A DNA stretch of 32,000 nt. Origin: Phycisphaera mikurensis NBRC 102666 (GTDB taxonomy: Bacteria; Planctomycetota; Phycisphaerae; Phycisphaerales; Phycisphaeraceae). Shown here in pieces: positions 18,062 to 26,705 of this stretch (the stretch's first letter is position 1; the number at the start of each line of letters is the position of its first letter). The notes beneath the pieces were generated by a model. That model was not told the DNA's origin, did no database searches, and saw only the letters and a program-made list of their open reading frames with translations. The stretch lies in the NCBI RefSeq assembly GCF_000284115.1, contig NC_017080.1, positions 810,001-842,000 on the forward strand, written 5' to 3'. A program made the translations under genes and the position numbers.

Positions 18062-18176
18062 GAAGAGACGAAGAGACGAAGAGACGAAGAGCCGAAGAGC
18101 CGAAGAGACGAAGAGGGACGGAGCGGCCCGGTTGCCGCAGGCGACGCGGTGCTGGCTTCGTCTCTTCGTCTCTCAC
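18062..18176. repeat. Octamer-repeat hairpin element, copy 2 (opposite orientation to copy 1)
   Basis: Seven tandem octamers at 18062-18117 (GAAGAGAC x3, GAAGAGCC x2, GAAGAGAC, GAAGAGGG), a 36-nt spacer, and a complementary short arm GGCTTCGTCTCTTCGTCTCTCAC (18154-18176). Confidence 0.85.
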
Positions 18177-18275
18177 CCCATGCAGCGGCGAGCCGCGACG
18201 GCTCCGTTCGCGCTCCATGCAGCCTCCTCGCACGCGCGTCGACCGCACGTCGCTTCGTTTCTTCCGACATCCGTC

Positions 18276-18292
18276 GGTCCGCGCCGCGGACC
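18276..18292. terminator. 17-nt perfect palindrome between convergent rho and ruvA
   Basis: GGTCCGCG-C-CGCGGACC, 7 nt beyond the ruvA stop (18299). It uses the same GGTCCGCG/CGCGGACC core as the N28 elements. Confidence 0.4.
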
Positions 18293-18298
18293 GTTCCT

Positions 18299-18961
18299 TC
18301 AGCTCCTCGCCGCGTAGACGGCGGCGATGAGGGCTTCGACGTCCGCGGGGGCGTCGTCCGCGGACAGGAGGCGTTCGATGCTCTGGAGGGCTTCGGTCCG
18401 CGGCTCGCCGAGCTGGGTGAGGACCTCCAGGGCGTCGCGGGCGAGGGTGCCGCCGGATGGGGAGGTGGCGACGGCGTCGGGCTCCAACGCGTCCCGGATC
18501 GGCTTGCTCGGCGTGGCGGCGCCGCCGATCCACGGATCGACCTTGCCCTTGAGCGTGACGACGATGGTCTCCGCGAGGCGCTTGCCGACCTCGGGCATCG
18601 TCTGGATCAGCTTCAGGTCGCGGTCGGCGATGGCGGCGGCGAGGGTGGACGGGGCGAAGACCATCGCGCGGAGGGCGCGGCGGTGGCCGATGCCCTTCAC
18701 GGTCACGAACAGCTCGAAGAAGGCCTTGTCCTCGCGCGTCGCGAAGCCGGCGATCCGCGGGAAGAGCGTCGTCCCCTGGCTGCTGCCCTCCAGGAAGTGC
18801 AGCGTGTGCAGCGTCAGCGCTTGGCCCTCTCTGGGCACCAGCCGCGTCGTCACGAAGGCCGGCAGCAGCACCTCGTACGTCAGCCCGTGGCCGGGATCCA
18901 CCAGGCCCAGGTTTCCGCGCGGGTCGACGTCGACGAGGGTGCCGGAGAGGCGGGCGAGCAT
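18299..18961 (-). CDS. ruvA: Holliday junction branch migration complex subunit RuvA
   Basis: MLARLSGTLVDV...YEVLLP...LHTLHFLEGSSQG...LFPRIAGFATREDKAFFELFVTVKGIGHRRALRAM...IQTMPEVGKRLAETIVVTLKGKV, with OB domain, HhH motifs and domain III. Confidence 0.92.
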   Translation of the reverse strand: MLARLSGTLVDVDPRGNLGLVDPGHGLTYEVLLPAFVTTRLVPREGQALTLHTLHFLEGSSQGTTLFPRIAGFATREDKAFFELFVTVKGIGHRRALRAMVFAPSTLAAAIADRDLKLIQTMPEVGKRLAETIVVTLKGKVDPWIGGAATPSKPIRDALEPDAVATSPSGGTLARDALEVLTQLGEPRTEALQSIERLLSADDAPADVEALIAAVYAARS

Positions 18962-19145
18962 CTCGCGAGGCTACGCCTTGCTAGCGCTGCGCGAGTCGAG
19001 TCATGGCGTGTGTCGGTCTCCGCGGAGGCGTGGTCCCCGCTGCGCGGGAGACTGCTCCGGCTCCGACGGGCTGCAGCGCCGGGACGGTGGCGGCGTGGGC
19101 GTGCCGCCGGTGTTCCTCGATCCGCCGAACCTCTAGCTTGGCCCG

Positions 19146-20336
19146 ATGCCCCACGCGACCGACCTCAAGTACGGAACCAACCCGAACCAGACGCCGGCTC
19201 GGCTGGTCCAGCCGGACGGGCAGCCGCTCGGGATCGTCAACGGCTCGCCGTCCATGATCAACCTGCTCGACGGGCTGCGTGGCTGGCAGCTGGTGCGGGA
19301 GCTGAAGGCGGCGACGGGCCGCGCGGCGGCGGCGAGCTTCAAGCACGTCTCGCCGGCGGGCGTGGCGGTGGACGCGGGCGAGCTGGACGCGGGGTTCAAA
19401 GCCGGCTTCTTCTACGACGACCCCGCGGGCGGCTGGTCCCCCATCGCCCGGGCGTACGCGATGGCCCGGTCCTCGGATCGCGTCGCCAGCTTCGGCGACT
19501 TCATCGCGGTGAGCGAGCCGGTCGACGCGGCGCTCGCCGCCGTCATCAAGCCCGAGGTCAGCGATGGCATCATCGCGCCCGGCTACGAGCCGGAGGCGCA
19601 GGCGGTCCTGGCCGCCAAGAAGGGCGGGCGGTACGTGATGCTGCGGATGGACGCGGCCTACGAGCCGCCGGCGAGCGAGTCGCGGACCGAGTTCGGGATC
19701 ACGCTGGAGCAGGCGCGCAACGGCGTCCGGATCGCGGCGGACACGTTCGCGACGGTGCCGACGCAGCGGGGCGCGCTGACCGACGCCGAGCGGCAGGCCC
19801 TGCTGGTCGCGACGATCACGCTCAAGCACACGCAGAGCAACTCGATCGCGCTCGCCAGCGGCGGCCAAGCCATCGGCATCGGGGCCGGCCAGCAGAGCCG
19901 CATCGCCTGCACCCGCATCGCCTGCGACAAGGCGGACCGCTGGATGCTCAAGACGCACCCCAAGACGCTGGGCCTCCGCTTCGCCGAGGGGATGGCCAGG
20001 AGCGAGAAGGTCAACGCCGCGGACGGCTTCGTCCGGTGGCACGGGCTCAGCGCGGCCGAGCGGGCCGGGCTGCGGGGGGCGCTGGCGGAAGGCTTCGAGC
20101 CCATCACCGACGACGAGCGGGCGGCGCACCTCGCGGAGCTGGGCCGCGAACACGGGATCGTGCTCTCCTCCGACGCCTTCATCCCGTTCCGCGACAATCT
20201 CGATCGGGCCGCGGCGTCCGGCGTCACGGCCGTCGCCCAGGCCGGCGGCTCGGCTCGCGACGCCGACGTCGTCGCCGCCGCGAACGAGCACCAGATGGCG
20301 ATGGCGATGACGGGGATCCGCCTGTTTCTGCACTGA
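19146..20336 (+). CDS. purH: AICAR formyltransferase-only PurH homologue (no IMP cyclohydrolase/MGS domain)
   Basis: 396 aa that open directly with the AICARFT-domain motif LKYGTNPNQ. Further motifs: SFKHVSPAGVAV, TLKHTQSNSIALA, GIGAGQQSRI, SDAFIPFRDN, and a C-terminal MAMTGIRLFLH. Confidence 0.85.
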   Translation: MPHATDLKYGTNPNQTPARLVQPDGQPLGIVNGSPSMINLLDGLRGWQLVRELKAATGRAAAASFKHVSPAGVAVDAGELDAGFKAGFFYDDPAGGWSPIARAYAMARSSDRVASFGDFIAVSEPVDAALAAVIKPEVSDGIIAPGYEPEAQAVLAAKKGGRYVMLRMDAAYEPPASESRTEFGITLEQARNGVRIAADTFATVPTQRGALTDAERQALLVATITLKHTQSNSIALASGGQAIGIGAGQQSRIACTRIACDKADRWMLKTHPKTLGLRFAEGMARSEKVNAADGFVRWHGLSAAERAGLRGALAEGFEPITDDERAAHLAELGREHGIVLSSDAFIPFRDNLDRAAASGVTAVAQAGGSARDADVVAAANEHQMAMAMTGIRLFLH

Positions 20337-20446
20337 TCCGCCTCCCGCTGCTCGGACGCACCCGGCGGCTTTCTTCCGCACCCGCTGGGTGCCACGCCCT
20401 CCGGGGCTCACCCTCCGGCACATCTTCCGAGATCGGTCGATGCCCG

Positions 20447-20551
20447 GGTGCCACGCCGCTTGCGGGTGAGGGGTCCGCGGGACACGCGGCGAATCGGTGC
20501 CTCCGCTGGCGTCGCCTCCGGCGACCGCCACCCCGCAAGCGGCGTGGCACC
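20447..20551. repeat. 22-bp inverted repeat hairpin in the purH/AEC convergent intergenic region
   Basis: GGTGCCACGCCGCTTGCGGGTG (20447-20468) versus CACCCCGCAAGCGGCGTGGCACC (20529-20551), with 17 bp perfect and a 60-nt loop. A third partial direct copy GGGTGCCACGCC lies at 20387-20398. Confidence 0.7.
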
Positions 20552-20562
20552 GGCGGTGGCGA

Positions 20563-20600
20563 GCATCCGCACCTCCCAAGCGGATGCGCGGCTTCTTTGG
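20563..20600 (+). terminator. Intrinsic-terminator-like hairpin with a T-rich tail
   Basis: GCATCCGC (20563-20570), a 9-nt loop, GCGGATGC (20580-20587), followed by GCGGCTTCTTTGGG. Confidence 0.4.
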
Positions 20601-20639
20601 GCGATGCGGCCGGAACGCCGGTTGCGACGGGCTGCGCCT

Positions 20640-21578
20640 CTAGATGCTCATCGCCAGCGTGAGCGGGACGACGGAGAAGACGGTCGTCGCGGCGATGGCG
20701 GCGGCGGCGAGCTCCTCGTCGCCGCCGAGCTGCGTCGTCAGCACGTAGCTCGCGACCGCCGTGGGGGCGGAAGCGAAGATGGCGACGCTCCGCAGGTCGT
20801 CGCCGCGGAGGCCCAGCGCGACGCCGGCGCCCACGGCGAAGGCGGGGATCGCGACGCTCTTGAAGGCGATGGCGAGCGCGGCGTGGCGGAGCCGGGTGCG
20901 GACGGGGAAGGCGGTGATGGCGGCGCCCAGGCACAGGAGCGCGAGCGGGCCGGCGGGCTGGCCGAGCAGGGCGACGCTGCGGGCGGCGGGACCGGGCAGG
21001 GCGGGCATCGCGGCGAGCGCGAGGCCGCCGACGCAGGCGAGCAGGATCGGGTTGGTGGCGAGCGGCCGTGCGACCCGCCGCGCCGCGGCGGCGGGCCCGC
21101 CCGAGCGATCGACGCCGATCAGCAGCGGCACGCTGACGACGTTGTAGAGCACGACCATCGGGCCGAGCACCAGCGCTGCGCGGGCGGCCGGCCCGGGGTC
21201 GCCGCCCGCCGCCAGCGCGACCACCGGGAGGCCGACGAAGGCGAGGTTTCCGCGGATGCCGGCTTGCGCCAGCGTCCCCCGCGAGCGTTCGGGCACGCCC
21301 GCGACCCGGCTGAGCAGCAGCACCAGCCCCGCCACGGCGAGGGTGGCGGAGCCGAGCGCGGCTCCCATGCGTGCAACGTCGCCGCCGATCCCGACCAGCG
21401 AGGCCGACGAAAGCTTGTCGACGAGCAAGGCGGGCAGCAGCACGAAGTAGACAAGCTTCTCCACCCCGCGCCGGACCTCCGGCGGCAGCAGCCCGAGCCG
21501 CGCCAGCCCCGCGCCCGTGGCGACCACGATCACCACCGGGAGCAGCGGCCCGACCGCCGCCCCGAGCCCGCTCACCAC
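20640..21578 (-). CDS. AEC (auxin efflux carrier) family transporter
   Basis: This is the last 312 codons of the 1239-aa track ORF: (M)VSGLGAAVGPLLPVVIVVATGAGLARLGLLPPEVRRGVEKLVYFVLLPALL...IFASAPTAVASYVLT, about 10 TM segments in a two-repeat AEC layout. GTG starts at 21578 or 21575 overlap the HAD stop (GTGGTGA). Confidence 0.8.
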   Translation of the reverse strand: MVSGLGAAVGPLLPVVIVVATGAGLARLGLLPPEVRRGVEKLVYFVLLPALLVDKLSSASLVGIGGDVARMGAALGSATLAVAGLVLLLSRVAGVPERSRGTLAQAGIRGNLAFVGLPVVALAAGGDPGPAARAALVLGPMVVLYNVVSVPLLIGVDRSGGPAAAARRVARPLATNPILLACVGGLALAAMPALPGPAARSVALLGQPAGPLALLCLGAAITAFPVRTRLRHAALAIAFKSVAIPAFAVGAGVALGLRGDDLRSVAIFASAPTAVASYVLTTQLGGDEELAAAAIAATTVFSVVPLTLAMSI

Positions 21579-22429
21579 GCCCCCGCGAGCATGCGGTGGA
21601 TGGCCTCCGCCACGCCGTGCTCGGTGTGCCTCGCCGTCTGCCGATCGGCGGCCGCCACCGCCGCGGGCACCGCGTTGCCCATGGCGACGGAGAGGCCGGC
21701 CGCCCGCAGCGCCGGCAGGTCGTTGATCTGATCGCCCACGAAGGCGATCTCCGCGTCGTCGATGCCGTGAGCGTCCGCGATCATCCGGATGCCGGTCCAC
21801 TTCGAGACGCCGGCGGGGAAGACCTCGAGGATCTCGACCGGGTCGCTCTCGCCCTCCCGCTCGACGCCGGGGAAGCTGTGGGCGGTGATCCGGTCGCCGA
21901 AGGCCTCCGCCAGGCCCGCCAGCCGCTCGCGGAGGCGCCCGCGGGTGCTGACCACGCCGACGCGGACGCACTCGCCCAGGTCGGCGGCGCCGGGGTGGCG
22001 GAGGTGCCGCAGCCGCGACGCGGTGTGATCGAACCACCACGCGGTGTTGGCGGTCAGCTCGCCGTCGCCGGTCACCAGGAAGTCGTGGCCGACGGCGTGG
22101 CGGACCTGGAACGCGAGCACCGCCTCGGGCAGGTCGCGGAGGTGCTCGATCAGCTCGCCGGCGAGCCGCGGCGTCAGCGCTTTCTGGTGCACGACCCCGC
22201 CGTCGGTGAGCCGCTGCACGAGGCAGCCGGTGACGAAGACGCCCAGGTCCAGCCCCGCCACGTGCCGCAGCGGCCCCGCCGACTCGTGCCACGCCCGGCC
22301 CGTGCAGGGCACGACGATGCAGCCCGCGGCTTGCGCCGCGGCGATCGCCTCCCGCTCCTCGGCCGCGACCGAGTGGTCGGGCTGGAGCAGGGTGCCGTCG
22401 AGGTCGAGGCCGAGGAGCCGGTAGCGCAA
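21572..22429 (-). CDS. Cof-type HAD-IIB phosphatase
   Basis: TTG 22429 gives (M)RYRLLGLDLDGTLL (HAD motif I). Further motifs: VVPCTGR (motif II), GVSKWTG, and AFVGDQINDLPAL..AGLSVAMGNA (motifs III/IV). The alternative GTG at 22522 adds 31 codons with no homology. Confidence 0.8.
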   Translation of the reverse strand: MRYRLLGLDLDGTLLQPDHSVAAEEREAIAAAQAAGCIVVPCTGRAWHESAGPLRHVAGLDLGVFVTGCLVQRLTDGGVVHQKALTPRLAGELIEHLRDLPEAVLAFQVRHAVGHDFLVTGDGELTANTAWWFDHTASRLRHLRHPGAADLGECVRVGVVSTRGRLRERLAGLAEAFGDRITAHSFPGVEREGESDPVEILEVFPAGVSKWTGIRMIADAHGIDDAEIAFVGDQINDLPALRAAGLSVAMGNAVPAAVAAADRQTARHTEHGVAEAIHRMLAGAW

Positions 22430-22732
22430 GGCGGGGAAGGTACCGGCGGCGGAGCCGGCGGGGCGCCGTTCGGACGAGACGGGAGCGACGCCGCGCTTCG
22501 GTGGCGTGCGGAGGGGCTGCACCGCCCGCGGAGGGGAGCGCCGGCGGGTGCGGCTGCGACGGGCATCCGGGGGCGCGCGAGGTCCGCAGCGCGTCGCCCG
22601 CGGCGACCGTTGCGCTCCGGCGGATTCCCCGATGTCGCCCTGTTCCCCTCCTCCCGCCCCGGACCGCCGGGCGCGACGCGGCAAACGAGCCAGCTCCGAG
22701 CGGCTGCACTCGCTCCCGATCCGCCCGCCGCC

Positions 22733-23848
22733 TCATCCGCGCCAGGCGGCGGCGTAGCCCAACGCAAGCTCCGCCGTCGCCAGCGAAAGGTTCACGCTCC
22801 CGTCGAGCCGCTCCTGGTACCGGTCGATCGCCTCGATCGCCCGCAGCGGGGCGGCCACCCTTCGCTCGTTGGCGATCGGGTCGTCGGCGGGGCAGCCGCG
22901 GGCGGCGGCGGCGAGCGCGTCGCGGGCTTCGCGGGCGAGCAGGTGCGCGAGCAGGGCGGCGGCGCGGCGGTTGGCGGCTTCCTTGCTGCCCTGCGGGTTC
23001 TCCTTCACCCACGACTCCGCGAAGCCCTTGATTGCGTCGTTCGCCGCGTCGGCGAGGTCCGGCACGGCCCGCCCGGCGGCCGCGGCGGCGAGCAGCGGGC
23101 CCAGCGTCTCGGCCCAGCCGGTCAAGCCGCGGTCCAGCGCCAGCCCGGCCCGGCCGATGCTCCCGTCGGCGAAGCGGGTCACCCAGCCGCGGGTGGGTGC
23201 GTCCAGGTCCCCCGCGTGGTCCCGCACCCACGCCTCCACCACCGCCTCGGGCAGCGGGTGGAATCCCACCCGCTGGCAGCGGCTGCGCACGGTCGGCAGC
23301 AGCCGGTCCGCGCTGGAGGTGACGAGAATCAGGAAGGTCTCCGGTGGCGGCTCCTCCAGCGTCTTGAGCAGCACGTTCTGGCCGGCGGGGTTGAGCAGCT
23401 CCGCCTCGTCGAGCACGAAGACCTTCCGGGGGCCCATCTGCGGGCTGCGGTGAGCGGGCTCGATGAGATGCTCCCGCAGCACCTCCACGGGGATGCTCGT
23501 GAGCTTGCGGTTCCGGGTGGAGGCGTCGTCGGAGAAGCGGGACAGCTCCTTGGTCACGACGTGCAGGTCGGGGTGCCGCTCGCCGGCGTCCTCGGGCTCG
23601 CCGGCGAGCCGGCGGCAGCTGCCGCAGACGCCGCAGGCGGAGGCGGGGGTCGGCGGGTCGAGGCACAGCAGGACCCAGGCGAGCCCGATCGCCGAGCGGA
23701 ACTTCCCGACGCCGGCCGGCCCCTCGAAGATCAGGCCGTGGTGCGGCCGTCCGGAGGCGAGCATCGACGCGAGCTGGGCCGCGGCCGCGGGCTGCCCCAG
23801 GGTCGCCGGCGCGGCGGTGGCGTTCTCGGCGGCGGGGTCCGGGGGCAC
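22733..23848 (-). CDS. holB: DNA polymerase III subunit delta prime
   Basis: HHGLIFEGPAGVGKFRSAIGLAWVLLC, Zn-module-like CGVCGSCRRL, KVFVLDEAELLNPAGQNVLLKTLEEPPPETFLILVT, and RLLPTVRSRCQRV (sensor/SRC motif). GTG start. Confidence 0.85.
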   Translation of the reverse strand: MPPDPAAENATAAPATLGQPAAAAQLASMLASGRPHHGLIFEGPAGVGKFRSAIGLAWVLLCLDPPTPASACGVCGSCRRLAGEPEDAGERHPDLHVVTKELSRFSDDASTRNRKLTSIPVEVLREHLIEPAHRSPQMGPRKVFVLDEAELLNPAGQNVLLKTLEEPPPETFLILVTSSADRLLPTVRSRCQRVGFHPLPEAVVEAWVRDHAGDLDAPTRGWVTRFADGSIGRAGLALDRGLTGWAETLGPLLAAAAAGRAVPDLADAANDAIKGFAESWVKENPQGSKEAANRRAAALLAHLLAREARDALAAAARGCPADDPIANERRVAAPLRAIEAIDRYQERLDGSVNLSLATAELALGYAAAWRG

Positions 23849-23964
23849 GCGAGGACGGTAGATCCATCGGCGGCGGCCGCGGCGGGTCCCGCCCGGCGGC
23901 GTTGCAGCGTGGCCCCGCCGCCGGCCGATAACCCGCCCGCGGGTCCTCCGGTTCCCGCTGCGCC

Positions 23965-26529
23965 ATGGCCGATCCCGACCCCCAGCCCGACGCCGCCGCG
24001 GCCGGCGTCGCCGCGCCCGCCGTCGACTCGCCGCCGTGGTCCCAGCTCTGGCAGGTGCCGGCGCTGCTGCTGGGCCTGGGCCTCTTCGCCATGGGCCTCT
24101 GGGCGGTCCGCCCCGAGAGCGTTCCGAACGACATCGACGCGGTGCTCGACGACGCCGACCGGCTGATCCTCTCCGCCGGCGTGGAGGACCTCGACGAGGC
24201 GGCCGAGCAACTCGCCCGCGCCTCGGCGGCGTTCACCCCCGGCGGCACCACGGATGAGCAACGCGGCCGGTACTGGCAGTACAGCGGCGACCTCGTGTAC
24301 CTGCAGGAGGCCCGCGGCGGCGACGAGGCGGACACCGGCGGAGCGAACCACGCGCTCATCCTCGCCGACTACGAGCGAGCCGAGGAGAAGGGCCGCCGGC
24401 TCGACCTCCGCAGCCTGCGGTGGCGGGCGTTGACGCTCGTCGACCTGGGCCGCAGCGACGACGCCCTGGCCGCGGTCGACGCCTTCGGCCCCGAGGCCGG
24501 CCGGCAGCGGCTGGAGGTGCTCCGGGAGCTGGTGCGTCGGCGGGAGGACGCCGCGGGCTCCGCGGCCGAGGCCGCGGGCGATCCCGTGCTCGGCACGCTG
24601 CTCACCCGCTACCGCGAGGAGGTCGCGGGCCTTCGAGACCCCGCGGACCGCCGGGCCGAGCAGCGCTGGCTGGCGGCCACGCGTGCCCGGCGGCTGCTCG
24701 CGGCCGGCGCCTTCGCGCCCGCGGTGGACTACCTCAGCCGCGAGGTGATGCAGCTGCGGTCCGCCGCCGGCGGGGGTTCGGGAGGCGAGCCGGAGCTGAC
24801 CCTGCTGCTCGCCGACGCGTACCGCGGGCTCGGCAACCCGACGCAGGCGCAGAGGCTGTACCTGGAGGCGCAGCGCCGCCTCGACGCCGCCGATCCGCTC
24901 TCCGGCGACACCCTGCTCGGCCTCGCCGCCCTCGCCGAAGCCGAGGCGGCGGACGCCCGGGAGCGCGGCGCGGAGGCCGACGCGGGCGCACTGGCCAGGG
25001 CCGCCGGGCTGTACGCCCAGGTGGACGCCGCTTTCCCGGAGGGGCCCCGCTCGCTCGCCGCCCGCCTGGGCGCCGCCCGGGTGTCGGCGTGGCGGGATCC
25101 GCCCACGGAGTCGCTGAACGCCTGGCGCGACGCGGTGCGGACGCTCGTCGACGGGACCTCGCCCACCGACCCGCGGCGTGACGCCGCGGCCGACGAGCTG
25201 GCCGCGGCGACCGACCGTGCGCTGGAGGCGGGACGCTTCGACGACGCCCTCGACCTGCTCGAGGCCACCGCGCCGCTGTTCGGCCGCGGCGTGCCCGCGG
25301 CGTTGCTCCTCCGCCAGGCCGAAACGCGGGAGCGGCTGGCCGAGCGGAGGATGGCCGAGGGGGAGGCCGCCGCCGGCGCGGCCCGCGCCCAGGCCTTCCG
25401 CGACGCCGCGGCGGGCTTCGCCGCCGCCGCCACGGCCTTCCGCGAGCACTCCAGCCGCCTCGGAACGATCGACCCCGAGGCCGCTTCGATCTCGCTGTGG
25501 CGTGCCGCCCGCGGCTTCGACCGGGCCGAGCGATGGACCGAGGCCATCGCGTCGTACGACGCCTACCTCCGCAACGCCCCCGACGGCACCACGCGGATGG
25601 AGGCCCGCCACCACCTCGGCCTCGCCCACCTCGCCAGCGGCGAGGCCGAGGCCGCCATCGACGCCCTCGGAAAGCTCATCGACGAGCACCCGACCAGCCG
25701 CTGGTCCTTCGCGTCGCTCGTGCCGCTCGCCCAAGCCGAGCTCGCCGCCGGGCGGCAGGAGGCGGCGCTGACCACGCTCCGCCGCACGCTGGAGGACAAC
25801 CCCGCCATCACGCCGGAGTCGCCGGTGTACCGGGACGCGCTGATCACCCTCGGCCGCACGCTGTACCTGCGGGCCCGCGAGGACCCGCGGCTCTACCCCG
25901 ACGCCATCGCCCGCCTCGAGGAGGCCGAGCAGCGCTTCGGCGAGGAAGAGCGGGGCGTGGAGGTCCGCTACCTCCTGGCCGACGCGCTCCGCCGCTCCAT
26001 CGCCTCGCTCGACCGCGAGGCCGTCGGCACGCCCCCGGGCGAGGCCGAGGCCCAGCGGCCCGCCGCCGAGCGTCTGGCCGTCGCCGCCGAGCGGGCGCGA
26101 CGCCTCCGCCGGGCCGGCCGCCTCTTCGCCACCGTGCGGCACACGCTCGAGGCCCGCGCGGAGGAGACGCTGACCCCGCTTCTGCGCCTCTGCCGCCGCA
26201 ACGCCTGGTTCTACGAAGCCGACTGCGCCTACCTCGCCGGCGACTACGCGGCGGCCGTCCCGCTGTACCGCGAGGCCGCCGAGCGCTGGAGCGGCGACCC
26301 CGCCGCGCTCGTCGCCCAGGTCCAGATCGTCAACGCCCACTGCGAGCTCGGCGAGTTCGCCGCCGCCGGCGTCGCCAACCGGCGCGCCCTGCTCCTGCTG
26401 GGCCGTCTCGACGACGCCGCCTTCGACAGCCCCGACCTGCCCATGGACCGGCGGCACTGGCAGGACTGGCTGCGCTGGAGCAGCGAGCTGGACCGCTTCG
26501 CCTCCGCGACCGCCGCGGTGGAGCCCTAG
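23965..26529 (+). CDS. N-terminally membrane-anchored, Ala-rich helical-repeat (TPR-like) protein
   Basis: 854 aa with one TM segment (LWQVPALLLGLGLFAMGLWAV), then repeated ~34-aa helical units of TPR character (for example AEADYLAGDYAAAVPLYREAAERW and EARHHLGLAHLASGEAEAAIDALGKLI). No catalytic motif was recognised. Confidence 0.5.
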   Translation: MADPDPQPDAAAAGVAAPAVDSPPWSQLWQVPALLLGLGLFAMGLWAVRPESVPNDIDAVLDDADRLILSAGVEDLDEAAEQLARASAAFTPGGTTDEQRGRYWQYSGDLVYLQEARGGDEADTGGANHALILADYERAEEKGRRLDLRSLRWRALTLVDLGRSDDALAAVDAFGPEAGRQRLEVLRELVRRREDAAGSAAEAAGDPVLGTLLTRYREEVAGLRDPADRRAEQRWLAATRARRLLAAGAFAPAVDYLSREVMQLRSAAGGGSGGEPELTLLLADAYRGLGNPTQAQRLYLEAQRRLDAADPLSGDTLLGLAALAEAEAADARERGAEADAGALARAAGLYAQVDAAFPEGPRSLAARLGAARVSAWRDPPTESLNAWRDAVRTLVDGTSPTDPRRDAAADELAAATDRALEAGRFDDALDLLEATAPLFGRGVPAALLLRQAETRERLAERRMAEGEAAAGAARAQAFRDAAAGFAAAATAFREHSSRLGTIDPEAASISLWRAARGFDRAERWTEAIASYDAYLRNAPDGTTRMEARHHLGLAHLASGEAEAAIDALGKLIDEHPTSRWSFASLVPLAQAELAAGRQEAALTTLRRTLEDNPAITPESPVYRDALITLGRTLYLRAREDPRLYPDAIARLEEAEQRFGEEERGVEVRYLLADALRRSIASLDREAVGTPPGEAEAQRPAAERLAVAAERARRLRRAGRLFATVRHTLEARAEETLTPLLRLCRRNAWFYEADCAYLAGDYAAAVPLYREAAERWSGDPAALVAQVQIVNAHCELGEFAAAGVANRRALLLLGRLDDAAFDSPDLPMDRRHWQDWLRWSSELDRFASATAAVEP

Positions 26530-26692
26530 CAGGCCGCTGCAGAACCCCATCGGGGCTGCGAGCGGGCAGAATCGCGTCTCGCTTCGTCGAGCGTAACCCA
26601 CGTAGTAGACGGCTACGCGGGTCCCGCTCTCCTCGCGAGACACGATTCTGCCGCGCTCTCGCCTGACGCGAGGTTCTGCAGCGGCCTGCTAG
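26526..26692. repeat. 167-bp long-hairpin element with perfect 21-bp terminal inverted repeats (MITE-like or structured RNA)
   Basis: CTAGCAGGCCGCTGCAGAACC (26526-26546) and GGTTCTGCAGCGGCCTGCTAG (26672-26692). The inner 18-bp stem pairs 26565-82 with 26635-52 and has one mismatch. An apical stem CGTAG/CTACG is also present. The TPR gene's TAG stop (26527-26529) lies inside the left arm. Confidence 0.8.
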
Positions 26693-26705
26693 CGCACCGC
26701 AAGCT

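Noticed and set aside
17962-18330. Small ORFs (122 aa, 100 aa) between rho and ruvA
   Set aside because: Their sequences (RRDEETKRRRAEEPKRRR) are direct translations of the GAAGAGAC tandem repeat and its flanks. There is no independent coding signal.
18962-19145. ZTP (pfl) riboswitch upstream of the purH-like gene
   Set aside because: I looked for the conserved GGGUCGUGACUGGCG and CCGCCUGGGC-type blocks and found neither. This region is more likely just the ruvA/purH divergent promoter region.
21579-24359. Upstream 927 codons of the 1239-aa minus-strand ORF
   Set aside because: Only the last 312 codons form a coherent AEC transporter. The remainder overlaps the HAD and holB genes in other frames and is Arg/Pro/Gly-rich.
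23731-26643. 970-aa minus-strand ORF
   Set aside because: It is antisense to the TPR-like gene. The plus-strand product has a TM anchor and repeated helical units, whereas the minus-strand product is Gly/Arg/Val/Glu low-complexity sequence.
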